DNA from: Octopus vulgaris
Lineage: Eukaryota
Direction: 5' to 3'
DNA length: 64,000 nt
Assembly (NCBI GenBank): GCA_951406725.2
Contig: OX597821.1
Span: 14,322,001-14,386,000 of the forward strand
Shown: positions 35,537-49,734 of the stretch, piece after piece
Layout of the letters: the number at the start of each line of letters is the position of its first letter
Position numbering within the stretch: position 1 is the stretch's first letter
Translations under genes and position numbers: made by a program
The notes under the pieces: model-generated
What the model was told of the DNA's origin: nothing
What the model saw: the letters and a program-made list of their open reading frames with translations, nothing else
The model's database searches: none

Positions 35537-37717
35537 CTAATGACACTGTAGCAATAGTGTGGAAAATAGCATTACTATTGTTGGTGGTTTTCACCCTCTA
35601 TATAAGTGTACATTTATATTCTCTGATAGAATAGTTATATATTGTGATATACAATTATATTTCTTTAAAGCTGTTACCTACTTAACTGGTTTATTGTTTG
35701 AAACGTGATCGCAAAAGTGCATATATATTGTGAAAGTAAAAAAAAAAGAATTACAGTATTTTTTCTCAGCAGGTTATTATAAGCATCATGGGAATTTAAT
35801 TTATAATGAGAATGAAATAAGGTAAAGAACAAAATACTTTTGGATTGTTGCATTCTTAAATAAATGATGATTTATCTCAAAGTAAAATATAGATACAATT
35901 AATATACAGATAATAAAAGTCTTATAATATGAATGTATAACAGAAGTATTGTTTGATGAAGTAAGGCTTAGGTTAAGTAGATGACAAGATGAGAGAATAA
36001 TTAAAGCTATATTTAGAATAGATAATATCTTATAGCTTATTTTTAATCACTGGCTAGTAAATATCAAGAGCAACAAATTTTGTTAATGTATCATTAAATA
36101 ATAAAGTTTGCAATAGAATCTTTGATATAGGTAGGGTGTTCTATACCTTTATATATCAGATAAACAAAATATACTTATAGAAAAAAAATCCAGCTCTCCA
36201 AATTATTTTTTTTTATCTCTTCAAATGATAGAAGAAAATATATGGAATACAGGTACAAAATTCTCAAGCAAAGTAAGGATTTGAATTTTTTTTTAATTTC
36301 AGAAGAATATTAAGAAATTCTCTAGATTTAGAAAGTACTCAATGATGCTGGTTAATAAAAAAAGACGATGATGATGGTAGTGGTGGTGGTGGCAGTTGTG
36401 GTGGTGATGATGATGATGATGTTGATGATAAATGTGTTGTATGTATCCATGTATACTACATCACTGAATTTTAAAGTGATGTCAGAAGATATATAAACAG
36501 TTTCCCCATAAATCTACCATTTCAAAATGAAGCATAAATTCTTTGAAAAAAATTGATATAAAATTATTTTTCTTTTAGATGAGTCTTGTCGACCACTAAG
36601 GGGTTGCAAAATAAATTGATTTTTCTAGAACAATGAAAAAAAAGAAAGAAAAAGAGAAAGAAAGACAAACTCTCACTCAAAGTACAGAGGAATTCCTCAC
36701 TGCTATTAAATCTGGATTTCATTACTTAATGCAAAATTTTCCTAATTTTAGAAGATCTTAGTTTTATTAAACAGTTATATCGCTAGATAGCTATTAAAAT
36801 CAGTTAATGCTAATTAGAGTTCATATTGAGTGAGACTTCAAGTATATTATGATGACTTATTCAACCAATTTTGTATTTTACAATAAATTTGACATTACTA
36901 TCAAGACTGAATCCCCTAAACAGTAAATATTCTGTTGTTATTCTTGAATATTGCTTTAAAAATAACCCCAAGCACAAGTCCTGAAATTTTAGGGGAGGGA
37001 GCTAGTTGATTGAATTGATCCCAGTACACAACTGGTACTTATTTCATCTACTCCAGTATGGTATTATTTCATCAACCTGAAAAGATGAAAGGCAAAATTG
37101 AACCCTACAGAATTTGAACTCAGAATGTAAAAACAGTCGAAATGCTGTTAAACATTTTATCTGGTATGTGGACGATTCTGTCAGCTTGCCACATTATTTG
37201 CATCAAAATTAGTAAACTTCATTTAACATCAGAGATGCCAGTAAGAAATTAAAGAGAGTTTTTAAAATATGTTATATATTATAAATTGTAAAATAAATAT
37301 TATTAAGGATGAATAATTTTTTGTTATATGAAAACCATAGATTTTTAACATAAATGCCTTAAGTATAAATATTAAGTACAGTCATTATAGAGCATGGACA
37401 ACAAGGAGATATGATGTCTATTCATGTAACTAAAGCATCAATTGGGTTATGTGAAAATTATGTACAACTAACTGTTACAATAAGCTTACTGCTTAAATTT
37501 TTAAATAACTGTTTCTAATACAAGTGCAAAAGCTGAAATTTAGGGAGTTGAGGAAATCAATTAAATTTATTTTATTAACCCTGAGAGGATAATAAGCAAA
37601 GTTGATGCTGCCAAGATTCAATTTTCAGAATGTTAAGACATGGAACAAATTACACAAAGCAGTTTTCCAATGCTCTAATGATTTTGCCAATGTGGTGCTC
37701 TTGAGTTTTTAAATATA

Positions 37718-38110
37718 AGTGCAGACATGGCTGCATGGTAAGAGGTTTGCTTCCCAATCACATGGTTCAGGGCTCAGTCCTACTGCAAGTGTCTTCAGCA
37801 ATAGCCTCGGGCTGATGAAAGCCTTGTGAGTGGATTTGGTAGACAGAAGATGAAAGAAGCTCATTGTATATTCCTATATATATATAAATATATCTATGTG
37901 TGTATCTTTGTGTCTGTGTTTGTCCCCCAAACCCACCACTTTGACAACTGGTGCTGGTGTGTTTACATCCCTGTAACTTAGAAGTTGGCAAAAGAGACCA
38001 AGAAAGTAAGTCTCAGGCTTTAAAGAAAAAGTGCCGAGGTTGATATATTCGACTAAAAATTCTCCAAGGTAGTACCCCAGGGTGGCCACAGTCTAATGAC
38101 TGAAACAAAA
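37718..38110 (+). mobile_element. SINE family A, older copy
   Basis: Diverged match to family A. Confidence 0.8.
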
Positions 38111-38297
38111 TATAATATAAAAGACGGAAATGTTTCTAATTTAGGTACAAGGAAGGGGTATAATCAATGCTGTTGAATGTAGTATTTCACTAGTCTTTTA
38201 TTTCACCAAATTGGAGAAATGGATGGCAAACTTGTCATTGGTAGGATCTGAACTTAGAACAAATATCAGAACAAATTACTACAAGACGCATGAGTGT

Positions 38298-38718
38298 AGG
38301 CGCAGGAGTGGCTGTGTGGTAAGTAGCTTGCTAACCAACCACATGGTTCCGGGTTCAGTCCCACTGCATGGCACCTTGGGCAAGTGTCTTCTGCTATAGC
38401 TCCGGGCTGACCAATGCCTTGTGAGTGGATTTGGTAGACGGAAACTGAAAGAAGCCTGTCGTATATATGTATATATATATATGTATATATATGTGTGTGT
38501 GTTTGTGTGTCTGTGTTTGTTCCCCTAGCATTGCTTGACAACCGATGCTGGTGTGTTTACGTCCCCGTCACTTAGTGGTTCGGCAAAAGAGACCGATAGA
38601 ATAAGTACTGGGCTTACAAAGAATAAGTCCTGGGGTCGATTTGCTCGACTAAAGGCGGTGCTCCAGCATGGCCGCAGTCAAATGACTGAAACAAGTAAAA
38701 GAGAGTAAAAGAGAGTAA
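38298..38718 (+). mobile_element. SINE family A, young copy
   Basis: Full-length; GGCGCAGGAGTGGCTGTGTGG start. Confidence 0.92.
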
Positions 38719-39156
38719 GACGTTTTTTTCCTAACATTCTAATGGTTCTACTAATTCATTGCTCTTGACTTTTTAAATAATAAAAACTGAAATCAGTACT
38801 TAAGAATTTTTAGCAGGTTTCATTTACTATTTACAGCTTCAGATAAATTAAAATTAATATTTTGCTTAAAACAGAAAATGGACAATTGATTTTTTTTCTA
38901 TATAATCTAAAAAATTTGTGTTTTAAGAATAATTACAGCTTTTGGTTTCTCTGATTCTGAGTAAAATATTCAATAATCTTTTTAACCAATTAGTTCAAAT
39001 TAAAATTTTGATAATGTGCATAACAATGTATTTTGAGAAGTACATGTAATTAAGCTAGATTTGATGGTCAACTCAAACGACGAACATTTTTTTAACAGTT
39101 CAGTCCTAAGACATGGATTCAGGAATAAAGGTTGTATGAAAAAATAGTTTCAGCAT

Positions 39157-39561
39157 TACTCTTTACTCTCTTTTACTTGTTTCAGTCATTTGACTGCGGC
39201 CATGCTGGAGCACCGCCTTTAGTCGAGCAAATCGACCCCGGGACTTATTCTTTGTAAGCCCAGTACTTATTCTATCGGTCTCTTTTGCTGAACCGCTAGA
39301 TGACAGGGACGTAAACACACCAGCATCGGTTGTCAAGCAATGCTAGGGGGACAAACACACACATCCACACACATATATATATATATATAAACATATATAC
39401 GACAGGCTTCCTTCAGTTTCCGTCTACCAAATCCACTCACAAGGCATTGGTCGGCCCGGGGCTATAGCAGATGACACTTGCCCAAGATGCCACGCAGTGG
39501 GACTGAACCCGGAACCATGTGGTTGGTTAGCAAGCTACTTACCACACAGCCACTCCTGCGC
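39157..39561 (-). mobile_element. SINE family A, young copy
   Basis: Full-length reverse complement; flanked by GCATT direct repeats. Confidence 0.92.
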
Positions 39562-39659
39562 ATTGTGCATTATATACACATATAACACTTATATATGTGC
39601 GTATGTGCATATATATATATACACATACATACACAAACACACACACACATATATATATT

Positions 39660-39847
39660 GAGGCAACTAGGAGACTAAGAAGCTTGCTTCCCAACCACAT
39701 GGTTCTGGATTCAGGTCCACTGCATAATACCTCGTGTCTTCTACACTAGCCTCAGGCTGACCAAAGCCTTGTGAGTAGATTTGGTAGATGGACACTAAGA
39801 GATGCCCATTGTGTGTGTATATATATATATTTATATATCTATATCTA

Positions 39848-39900
<53 letters not shown>

Positions 39901-40128
39901 CTGTGTGTGTGACTTTGTGTCTGTGTTTGTATCCTCATCACCATTTCACAACCGGTGCTGGTGTGTTCATGTTCCCAAAACTTAGCAGTTCACCAAAAGA
40001 GACTGCTAGAATAAATACAAGGGGTTTAAAAAATAAATCTTGGGGTCGACTAGTTTGACTAAAACCCTTCAAAGCAGTGCTCTAGCATAGCTATAGTCAA
40101 ATGACTGAAACAAGTAAAAGAATAAAAG
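39660..40128 (+). mobile_element. SINE family A, older copy
   Basis: Diverged match to family A. Confidence 0.78.
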
Positions 40129-40189
<61 letters not shown>

Positions 40190-40320
40190 TACAGGCATTG
40201 TGAGACTAATAACCTGGTGTAGAACTCAATAGATATATGCTTCAGAACAAAGTGTTGACAAGTATTTAGTTTTACAAAAACTACTATTTTAGGGAATTAA
40301 TGTTAATTCCCTAAAATGAA

Positions 40321-40540
40321 CCCTTTTGTTACTAACCCGGCCAAAACCAGCTCTGACTCTGTGGTAAAATGTTTTGTTTTCATAAGTTTTGAATTAGAAT
40401 ATTCCACCAAGCCTTAGTCACAATTTATGTTCCTAACACTAGCTTAATGATAACTAAGTTATTTTACTAAATTCTATGTTATATTTAAAATAATTGAAAG
40501 AAACACAGAGCATCTCAAAATATATACAGTAGCAAAAGGG
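40321..40540 (+). mobile_element. piggyBac-type MITE
   Basis: TGAA|CCCTTTTG...CAAAAGGG|TTAA; colinear with 16566-16785. Confidence 0.88.
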
Positions 40541-40902
40541 TTAAGCCAATGAACTGGCAGAACCATTAGTACACAAAGGAAAGTGCTTAGTAGCATTTCT
40601 TCTGTCTTTACATTGTGAGTTCAGATTCCATCGAGTTTCATTTGCCATTCATCCTTTCAAGGTTGATAAATTAAATGCCAGGTGAGCATTGGGGTTGATG
40701 TAATTGACTCACCCACTCCCCACGAAATCGTTTGTCTTGCACCAAAATTTGAAACTAATATTAATTCCATAAATATTGGTGGTTGCTGAATCAATGTTTA
40801 TAAAACGTGCTCTGATGGTATTAAGCAGGCCAACACACACACATTTACATCCTCATACATAAATACATTTATAAATACTGCACACACACACACGTACACA
40901 AA

Positions 40903-40993
<91 letters not shown>

Positions 40994-41224
40994 TATATAT
41001 ATACACATATATATATACATATATATATATACATATATCATCATCATCGTTTAACGTCCGTTATCCATGCTAGTATGGGTTGGACGGTTCAACTGGGGTC
41101 TGGCAAGCCCGAAGGCTGCACCAGGCCAGTCAGATCTGGCAGTGTTTCTACAGCTGGATGCCCTTCCTAACATATATATATATAATATATATATACATAT
41201 ATATATATACATATATATATATAC

Positions 41225-41323
<99 letters not shown>

Positions 41324-41599
41324 CCACCAGGTGCATCTACTTGAGATGCACCAGATGCCTGGTTATGAATGTATATATATAGTAAATCCCAAAAACGAAG
41401 AACAAACACAAGTATAAACAACAACGCGAGGACGTGGTACATGTAAAGTATTAGCAGACGATCAGGGCAGGAAAGAAAGGTGGCTTTAAGCAAAGCTCTT
41501 TGCCAGAAACAGGAGACGGAGGAAAGTCCAAAACAAAAGAATTTGGAGCAAAAAGATCACCAACGATCCACATGTGGTTACATTTTGATATTTATATGT

Positions 41600-42022
41600 A
41601 GGCACAGGAGTGGCTGTGTGGTAAGTAGCTTGCTAACCAGTCACATGGTTAGGGGTTCAGTCCCACTGCGTGGCATCTTGGGCAAGTGTCTTCTGCCTTA
41701 GCCCTGGGCCGACCAATGCCTTGTGAGTGGATTTGGTAGACGGAAACTGAAAGAAGCCCATCATATATATGTATATATATATATATATATGTGTGTGTAT
41801 ATGTTTGTGTGTCTGTGTTTGTCCCCCTAGCATTGCTTGACAACTGATGAGGTGTGTTTATGTCCCCGTTACTTAGCGGTTTGGCAAAAGAGACCGATAG
41901 AATAAGTACTGGGCTTACAAAAGAATAAGTCCCAGGGTCGAGTTGCTCGATTGAAAGCGGTGCTCCAGCATGGCCGCAGTCAAATGACTGAAACAAGTAA
42001 AAGAGTAAAAGAGAGTAAAGAG
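41600..42022 (+). mobile_element. SINE, family A
   Basis: Full-length match to family A. Confidence 0.9.
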
Positions 42023-42312
42023 TATATATATACACACACACACACATACACATGCATACATATGCACATAGACATATATAAGTATATATTAATAACAGTT
42101 TGGCTCAGTTCCACTTGTTTCATAGGTATGTTGAATGTGTCCATCTGACTTCTTATAAGATACACACATTCTACAGAGCCACAAAACCTCAAATCATATG
42201 GAGTTGAGTCAACAGTTATTAAAAGATGTATGTAACTCCTAACTGTGCTGAGTGCCACTTTCTTGTTCTTATCCATTCACTGTATACATATTTTATACAT
42301 ATACATATACAT

Positions 42313-42689
42313 AGGCACAGGAGTGGCTGTGTGATAAGTAGCTTGCTAACCAACCACATGGTTCCGGGTTCAGTCCCACTGCGTGGCATCTTGGGCAAGT
42401 GTCTTCTGCTATAGCCCCGGGCTGACCAATGCCTTGTGAGTGGATTTGGTAGACGGAAACTGAAAGAAGCCTGTCGTATATATGTATATATATATATATG
42501 TATGTGTGTGTGTTTGTGTCTGTGTTTGTTCTCCTAGCATTGCTTGACAACCGATGCTGGTGTGTTTACGTCCCTGTCACTTAGCAGTTCGGCAAAAGAA
42601 TAAGTCCCGGGATCGAGTTGCTCGACTAAAGGCGGTGCTCCAGCATGGCTGCTGTCAAATGACTGAAACAAGTAAAAGAGTAAAAGAGT
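42313..42689 (+). mobile_element. SINE, family A
   Basis: Match with a deletion between two AAAGA repeats. Confidence 0.88.
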
Positions 42690-42790
42690 ATACATGTGTG
42701 TATGTATGTATGTATGTGCGAATATATGTATATATGTGTATGTGTATATATTGTGACTTTTTCACTTGTATTATACCATTATATATATTA

Positions 42791-43174
42791 CTAGCAGTAT
42801 TGCCCGGCGTTGCTTGGGTTTGTAAGGGAAATAACTATATAAGCATTTTTAGAGAGTTATAGCCAAAAAGTAGAAAAAATGCATTAAAAATGGAAAAAAA
42901 ATGATGGTAAATTTTTTTATAAATCGTTGACTCATCGTAGACATTTTAAGAGAGTTACTTCCCTTATATAATAGCGAAAAAATGCATTAAAATGGAAAAA
43001 AATGATGGTAAATTTTTTTTAAATCGTAGACTCATCGTAGACATGCGCTAATACCCAGAAGGGCTCGATATGAATCACGACTATAAGATAAACTGCACCG
43101 CAAAATGTGGGAGTAGTTAGGAATCTAAATCGTAGGAGACAGACAGCACACAACCTCACTTTTATATATAAAGA
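42791..43174 (-). mobile_element. Non-autonomous Helitron
   Basis: Same family as 14832-15229; A^TC 5' end, hairpin and CTAG^T on the minus strand. Confidence 0.88.
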
Positions 43175-44476
43175 TTATATAATAAATAACTTATGCTGTT
43201 CAATTCAAGTGTGGTATTTTACCTGTAATACTATGGAACACTTACATAATGTAACATTATATAACACTTTAGATAAAGTACACTACCTAAATAATAGTAA
43301 TTTGTTACCTAAATTACTTTTAATTCAAGATTTACCATCTAATAATCATCCTCTGTGAACAACTTCCTCCTAACTATGATGCAGAGCTACATATTTATGG
43401 GGAGAGAAGTAGTGGCTTTAGTCATCCCAGTTATTTTACTTGTACTTATTTTACAACTTCTTGGAAGATGAAAAGCAATGTCAATATAGGCAAATTTAGA
43501 ACATAGACAAAAATCGGAAATTGATATTCTAATTGCTTTCAAAGTAAAGACTGTTTTTTTCTAAGTAATTACTGCATATCAGATTGCCATCAAACCTTGA
43601 CTATAATTAAGCCTTATGTAGTCTCCCAAGTCTCTGACAGTTAATTTTCTCTGTGAAATTGAATATTAGGATGCAATGAGATGGTTTAAATGCATTGATT
43701 TATACAAGGAAGGCCACTGCGCATATGTGAGAGACTTAAACACAATTATTGAATCCTGAAGTTTGAGTTTGACAAAGGTATTTATCAAATCAAGGGGCAA
43801 AACATTTGACTAAGGCAAATTTAAGGCTTTATACAATTCTCTCTAATTAGTTTCGTATTATACTCATCAAAACCAAATTATCTACTTTTTGTCTTAGTTC
43901 CTAGGTTACAGGCATGAATATGAGATTATAAAGATTACTTCACAATTACACAGCTATGTGGCTTCAGATCTGACACTGTCCAGCAGAACCTTTGGCAAAA
44001 TGCTTTCTGTCATCACTTCATGCCAATCAAGGGCTTGCAAGTAAAATTTAGTTAATGAAAACTACACTGATGTATCGTTCCTGCTCTGGAATGGTAGACT
44101 TAATCTACTACCCGAATCAAGACTACCATTATATACCAGGAGTAAAGCCAACACATTGGAAGCTTTCAGTTCATATTTCTAGTTTGAAGAGACTTCTTTC
44201 TCACAAATCTCAAAATCCCTCTCAGTGAAGAAAAGAAAGTCATATCTAAATATCTCAATGTGTTCTCTCTAATGTTTTTCTGGCAATCATCAGTTTTTTC
44301 TAGAATAAATAAATAAAAATGTGTGTGTATATATATGTATGTATGTATATATATATATTTATATATATATGTACATATATATATGTATATATGTATATAT
44401 ATATGTATGTGTATATATATATATATACACATACATATATATATACATACATATGTGTGTATGTGTGTGTAAGGAT

Positions 44477-44878
44477 GGAGTGGCTGTGTGGTAAGTAGCT
44501 TGCTAACCAACCACATGGTTCCGGGTTCAGTCCCACTGCGTGGCACCTTGGGCAAGTGTCTTCTGCTATAGCCCCGGGCCGACCAATGCCTTGTGAGTGG
44601 ATTTGATAGACGGAAACTGAAACAAGCTCGTCGTATATATGTATATATATATATGTGTGTGTGTGTGTATGTTTGTGTGTTTGTGTTTGTCCCCCTAGCA
44701 TTGCTTAACAACCGATGCTGGTGTGTTTACGTCCCTGTTACTTAGCGGTTCAGCAAAAGAGACCGATAGAATAAGTACTGGGCTTACAAAAGAATAAGTC
44801 CCGGGGTCGAGTTGCTCAATTAAAGGTGGTGCTCCAGCATGGCCGCAGTCAAATGACTGAAACAAGTAAAAGAGTAAA
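44477..44878 (+). mobile_element. SINE, family A
   Basis: Full-length match to family A. Confidence 0.9.
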
Positions 44879-44988
44879 TATATATATGTGCATGTGTGTA
44901 TATGTAAGTAGGGAACAATGTCGTTTTCTTTTGAGCATATTTCATTGAATATGTTTAGTTGAAGCCATTATTATGTAATGCTCTAGAT

Positions 44989-45170
44989 CAGTGGTTCCCA
45001 ACAGTGATTCCCAACCCTTTTATTTAAATGAGTTTTCCTACGGGCCCCTTTTAATATGCTTATCCTTATGTGTATATGCATATATGAAATTTTGAATTTA
45101 GCTCATGGACCCTCCAATACTACCTTTGCGGACCACCAGGGGTCTGTGGACCCCAAGTTGGGAACCACTG
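44989..45170. mobile_element. hAT (Charlie-like) MITE
   Basis: 14-bp TIR CAGTGGTTCCCAAC / GTTGGGAACCACTG; 8-bp TSD CTCTAGAT / CTCTATAT. Confidence 0.88.
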
Positions 45171-45362
45171 CTCTATATAAAATTTTATCCTTTTATAATG
45201 TATTGAGTACTAAATATAAAAGTAGTCCACTTCAACTGAACAAAATTCTACAAAAATCATAGATGTACATATATACCTATATACATACATGTGTGTGTGT
45301 GTGTGTGTGCATGTGTGTGTGTATACATACAAAGAGAGAGAGAAAGAAAGAGAGAGAGAGAG

Positions 45363-45415
<53 letters not shown>

Positions 45416-45801
45416 GTAGAGATTGAGAGATATAGATATTTATACTTATATAATTTTGTGTTGCTAAAATGGAATATTTCCTCCTATCCAAAAGTTTTGT
45501 GTGGCTCATAATAGCTGATCACACTTGTCTGTACATTTGAACTATTGGGAATGGAACTATAGACAGAGTAATTAAAGGTATTAGGCATCTTTTGATTGGT
45601 TGTTTAGCTGGTGTTAAGATTAGTCACATGGTTAGTGATATTGGGGATGATGTCTGCTATTTTTGAAAGGTCTCTGCAGTGAAGATTTCTTCTTACTTCA
45701 GTACCAATCAAGAGGGCTGTACACATGTACATGACACCTTTTCTATTACACAGTTATCAGCAAGTGGTTCTGCATAGGTTTAATCACATGATCATTCATA
45801 T

Positions 45802-46064
45802 CAATGGTTCTCAATTGGGGTCCATATATCCCTTGGGGGGGGGGGGGGCATATAAGATTTTGTTGTTAAAATTTATGTGCAATAAATTGGTTTTATTTCT
45901 ACTACACACAAAATATTTTAACAATTTTAAAAAAAATACAATTCCTAATAATATTTAATCATAAAAATATGAAATTTTTTAGACATCAAATGGTTATGAG
46001 AGTCCATCTAATTAAAATAAGAATCAAAGGGCTCCATAGGTAAAAAAATGGTTGAGAAGCACTG
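45802..46064. mobile_element. hAT (Charlie-like) MITE, older
   Basis: TIR CAATGGTTCTCAA / TTGAGAAGCACTG; degenerate 8-bp TSD ATTCATAT / ATTTATGT. Confidence 0.72.
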
Positions 46065-46402
46065 ATTTATGTGGTTAGTAGCATGACTGAACTTGTGATT
46101 GGTCACCTGACTGGATGAGTCCTTTGTGTATTTGTTTTCATCAAGTACCTGGCCATGGGTGGATGTACTTTGCAGTTAGTCAACAAAAATTTTGGTACAT
46201 AGCCGAAAACTGAACTCATCTCATCTTGTCACTATATACTGCAAAGTGGACTTTCATAAAGAATAAACATTACCAATAAACTGGCCATCTTCACATGACT
46301 TATTGCATATCCAAGCATATCATTGGTTTCTCAGTAATCCATGTGAATATCTCTGGAGTTGAACCACTTGTTGATGCTTGTCTAAAAGTATACATCTTAT
46401 CA

Positions 46403-46785
46403 AGGAAGTGCAATGGCCCAGTGGTTAGGGCAGCGAACTCGTGGTCGTAGGATCGCGGTTTCAATTCCCAGACCGGGCGTTGTGAGTGTTTATTGAGCGA
46501 AAACACCTAAAGCTCCACGAGGCTCCAGCAGGGGATGGTGGCGATCCCTGCTGTACTCTTTCACCACAACTTTCTCTCACTCTTACTTCCTGTTTCTGTT
46601 GTACCTGTATTTCAAAGGGCCGGCCTTGTCACTCTCTGTGTCATGCTGAATATCCCCGAGAACTACGTTAAGGGTACACGTGTCTGTGGAGTGCTCAGCC
46701 ACTTACACATTAATTTCACGAGCAGGCTGTTCCGTTGATTCGGATCAACTGGAACCCTCGTCGTCATAACCGACGGAGTGCTTCC
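46403..46785 (+). mobile_element. tRNA-derived SINE, family C
   Basis: Reverse complement of 18051-18435; 11-bp TSD ACATCTTATCA (46392-46402, 46786-46796). Confidence 0.9.
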
Positions 46786-47311
46786 ACATCTTATCAGCAA
46801 AACAACCAACCAAATATAATTAGCTGCAATGAACTGTTTCCACATACTTGTCACAAAAAGAGACATCATCTGGAGCATGACCAATCACATGACTAATTAC
46901 CTGACCAACCATGTCCCAACCAAAAGCACCTAATACCATTAAATATCCTGACTAGCATTCCTTTTCCATTATTTCTGACTTAATAAGTACAGTTGACTAA
47001 TGCCCTTTCTTCAGTATGAGGAAAGGATCTACTATACCAGGATACACTTATGATAGACTTTTCAATACGGTGTATTGAGTGAGCAGTGTGTGTTTTTGTA
47101 CAAAAAGTATAGAATGATATATATACATATACATACATATATATATACATATATATATATACATATCATCATCATCATCATCATCGTTTAACGTCCGTTC
47201 TCCATGCTAGCATGGGTTGGACGGTTCGACCGGGGATCTGGGAAGCCAGAAGGCTGCACCAGGCTCCAGTCTTATCTGGCAGTGTTTCTACAGCTGGATG
47301 CCCTTCCTAAC

Positions 47312-47345
<34 letters not shown>

Positions 47346-47415
47346 AATGTACATGAAGCAGTACATTATAAATACATACACACATGTATAAATATATATA
47401 TGCAAATGTAACAAT

Positions 47416-47666
47416 TAATTATTTAGGGTACTGACAGGTGGTACCGGCATGCTAACATAGTAAACAAAAATGACCAAACATAAATTTTTCACTTAAACAC
47501 AAAGGTGAAAGCTGGCAATTTTGATTATTTTTCATCATTGGTACGGAGTCTTAGGGTTTTTATTTATTTGCTTGCTTTTACCTTTGTGTTTAAGTGATAA
47601 CTTGTGGTTTGATCATTTTGACTGCTATGTTAGCATGTCGATACCACCTGTCTGTACGGTTAATTA
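47416..47666. repeat. Imperfect fold-back palindrome (~100-bp arms) with a right-hand tail
   Basis: GACAGGTGGTA..CATGCTAACATAG..TCACTTAAACACAAAGGT versus ACCTTTGTGTTTAAGTGA..CTATGTTAGCATG..TACCACCTGTC. Confidence 0.85.
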
Positions 47667-47830
47667 TTAACTGATAATTTTACCTTCATGGGGTTTTTTT
47701 TACACTTGCTAAGCCACTGATATTATTATAAACAATAATATCCTCATATATATTTATATGCAAATGTATGTATTTAGATAGATATATATATATATATATT
47801 AGAAGGTTTGGAGATGATGTACAGGTATTA

Positions 47831-48187
47831 TATATTAGAAGAAATGAGGTACTCAGAAATCCAGATGGTTTTATATTTACAGATATTTATTAGAATGTTA
47901 CATGTTTTTATATATCATATATCATATATTAGCGCTTTCGTCCATTCTAGTGGAGTATTCAAATTGAACTAAGTTTTTGCAGGAATTTTGACTCTTTTTA
48001 TAGTATTATTTTTATAGTACTAAAAAAAGAGTCAAAATTCCTGCAAAAACTTAGTTCAATTTGAAGACTCCACCAGAATGGATGAAAGTGTTAATATATG
48101 ATATATGGTATATGATGTGTAAAAACATGCTCATAAATATCTGTAAATATAAAACCATCCGGATTTCTGAGTACCTCATTTCTTCTA

Positions 48188-48192
<5 letters not shown>
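47831..48192. repeat. Fold-back palindrome (~180-bp arms, ~4-nt loop) with a short left leader
   Basis: TATTAGAAGAAATGAGGTACTCAGAAATCC / GGATTTCTGAGTACCTCATTTCTTCTAATA and TCAAATTGAACTAAGTTTTTGCAGGAATTTTGACTC mirrored about 48010-48013. Confidence 0.92.
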
Positions 48193-48220
<28 letters not shown>

Positions 48221-48540
48221 CAAACACACACACACACAAGCAAAATTAATTAATGAACGTCAACAAAGGACAGCAATAATTGTCATTAGTTTAATATTGG
48301 TGAAGGAAGAGAGTGGATGAGCATAAAGGGAAGCAAAATCAAGAACTGAATTAGCATGTGATGACAGCTGTGATACCTACATGCATACATACATCCGTAC
48401 ATACATGCATATATATATGTACATACATGCATACATACACATTATGTTGCCACTTAATATAGTTTACTGTGTTCACTCCTAGAATCACTTGCAAAATGCA
48501 TGTCTGTATGTATATGTCATTGCATATATATATAGAGAGA

Positions 48541-48632
48541 GATCAAAACAGTTTGATTCTGATTCCTTGGTACTCTGATTTCAAGTGTAGAAACCCAGAG
48601 TACCAAGGAGTTTGAATCAAACTGTTATGATC
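48541..48632. repeat. Short fold-back (37-bp arms) with a right-hand tail to 48688
   Basis: GATCAAAACAGTTTGATTC..TCCTTGGTACTCTG / CAGAGTACCAAGGA..GAATCAAACTGTTATGATC. Confidence 0.85.
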
Positions 48633-48687
48633 CATACATGTAACCCCCAACAAATGTGTTGAGTACCTTTCTTTCATTTGTCTACTC

Positions 48688-48760
<73 letters not shown>

Positions 48761-49734
48761 TATATAAATATACATATAAATATATACACACATATATGTA
48801 CATACATACATGCAAGCACACATACACACACACATATGTCTTTCAGAACATAAAAGTTAAAAATCATAATATTCTGGAAAATTTATATTTTAATAAGTGT
48901 TTGAAAAAATCATTATATTTTCATTTACTCTATTTGAAATTGCTGTGAAATAATTTTAGTTCCATTGAATTCTGAACTATCAGATTCAGCACCATGATTA
49001 GAAAGTATTTTACTTGCATTTTCCTACTCCACTTGTTATAAGAGAAGGAATTAGTGAATATATTAAAGAGCTGGTTTAAGTTACTCTATACACCACACGG
49101 ACAAAGTCATTAAACATGAAGTAGCTGACAAAGTCCAACACTAATTAGAGAATATAATGATAAGTAAATAGCTAACACCACCTATTAGAGTAGTTTAATT
49201 CAAAATATTCTTAATGCTCTATTATCATTTCAGATTTGACATAAAAGTGATGGGCAGTTTGAATTATATCAATGTAAAATTTCATAAGAAATAATGAATC
49301 TAGTACTGATTGTTTAAGGTGACAGATTTAGATTTGGAGAATAAATGTAAATTATTTTTTGAACAAATTATAAAAGACATGTCATCATCATCATCATTGT
49401 TTAACGTCCGATTTCATGCTGGCATGAGCTGGATGGTTTGACTGAGGGCTGGGGGGCCAGCAGTAGCACCAAGCTCCAATATGATCTGGCAATGTTTCTA
49501 CAGCTGGATGCCCCTCCTAATTCCAACCACTCTAAGAGTGTAGTGTGTGCTTTTTACATGCCACCAGCACAGGAGCCAGTCAGGTGAGCCTGGCATCAAC
49601 CACATTTGGATGGTTCTTTTTACATGTCACTGGCATAGGAGGCTGTCAAGGGTCACTCAGTAAAATATCTAAATGTCTATATCAAAGTCCTTTTATAAAA
49701 AAGTATTTTGTTTTCTAAACATTTTTCCTTTTAA

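Noticed and set aside
41330-41352. 9-bp hairpin GGTGCATCT-acttg-AGATGCACC between TA tracts, and a weak hairpin at ~44080-44142
   Set aside because: Too short to assign to the fold-back class or distinguish from chance.
41380-41595. Possible minus-strand hammerhead in a PLE-like terminal fragment
   Set aside because: Only CTGGCAA-AGAGC-ttt-GCTT remains; the CUGANGA core is mutated and GAAAC is absent, so it cannot be called.
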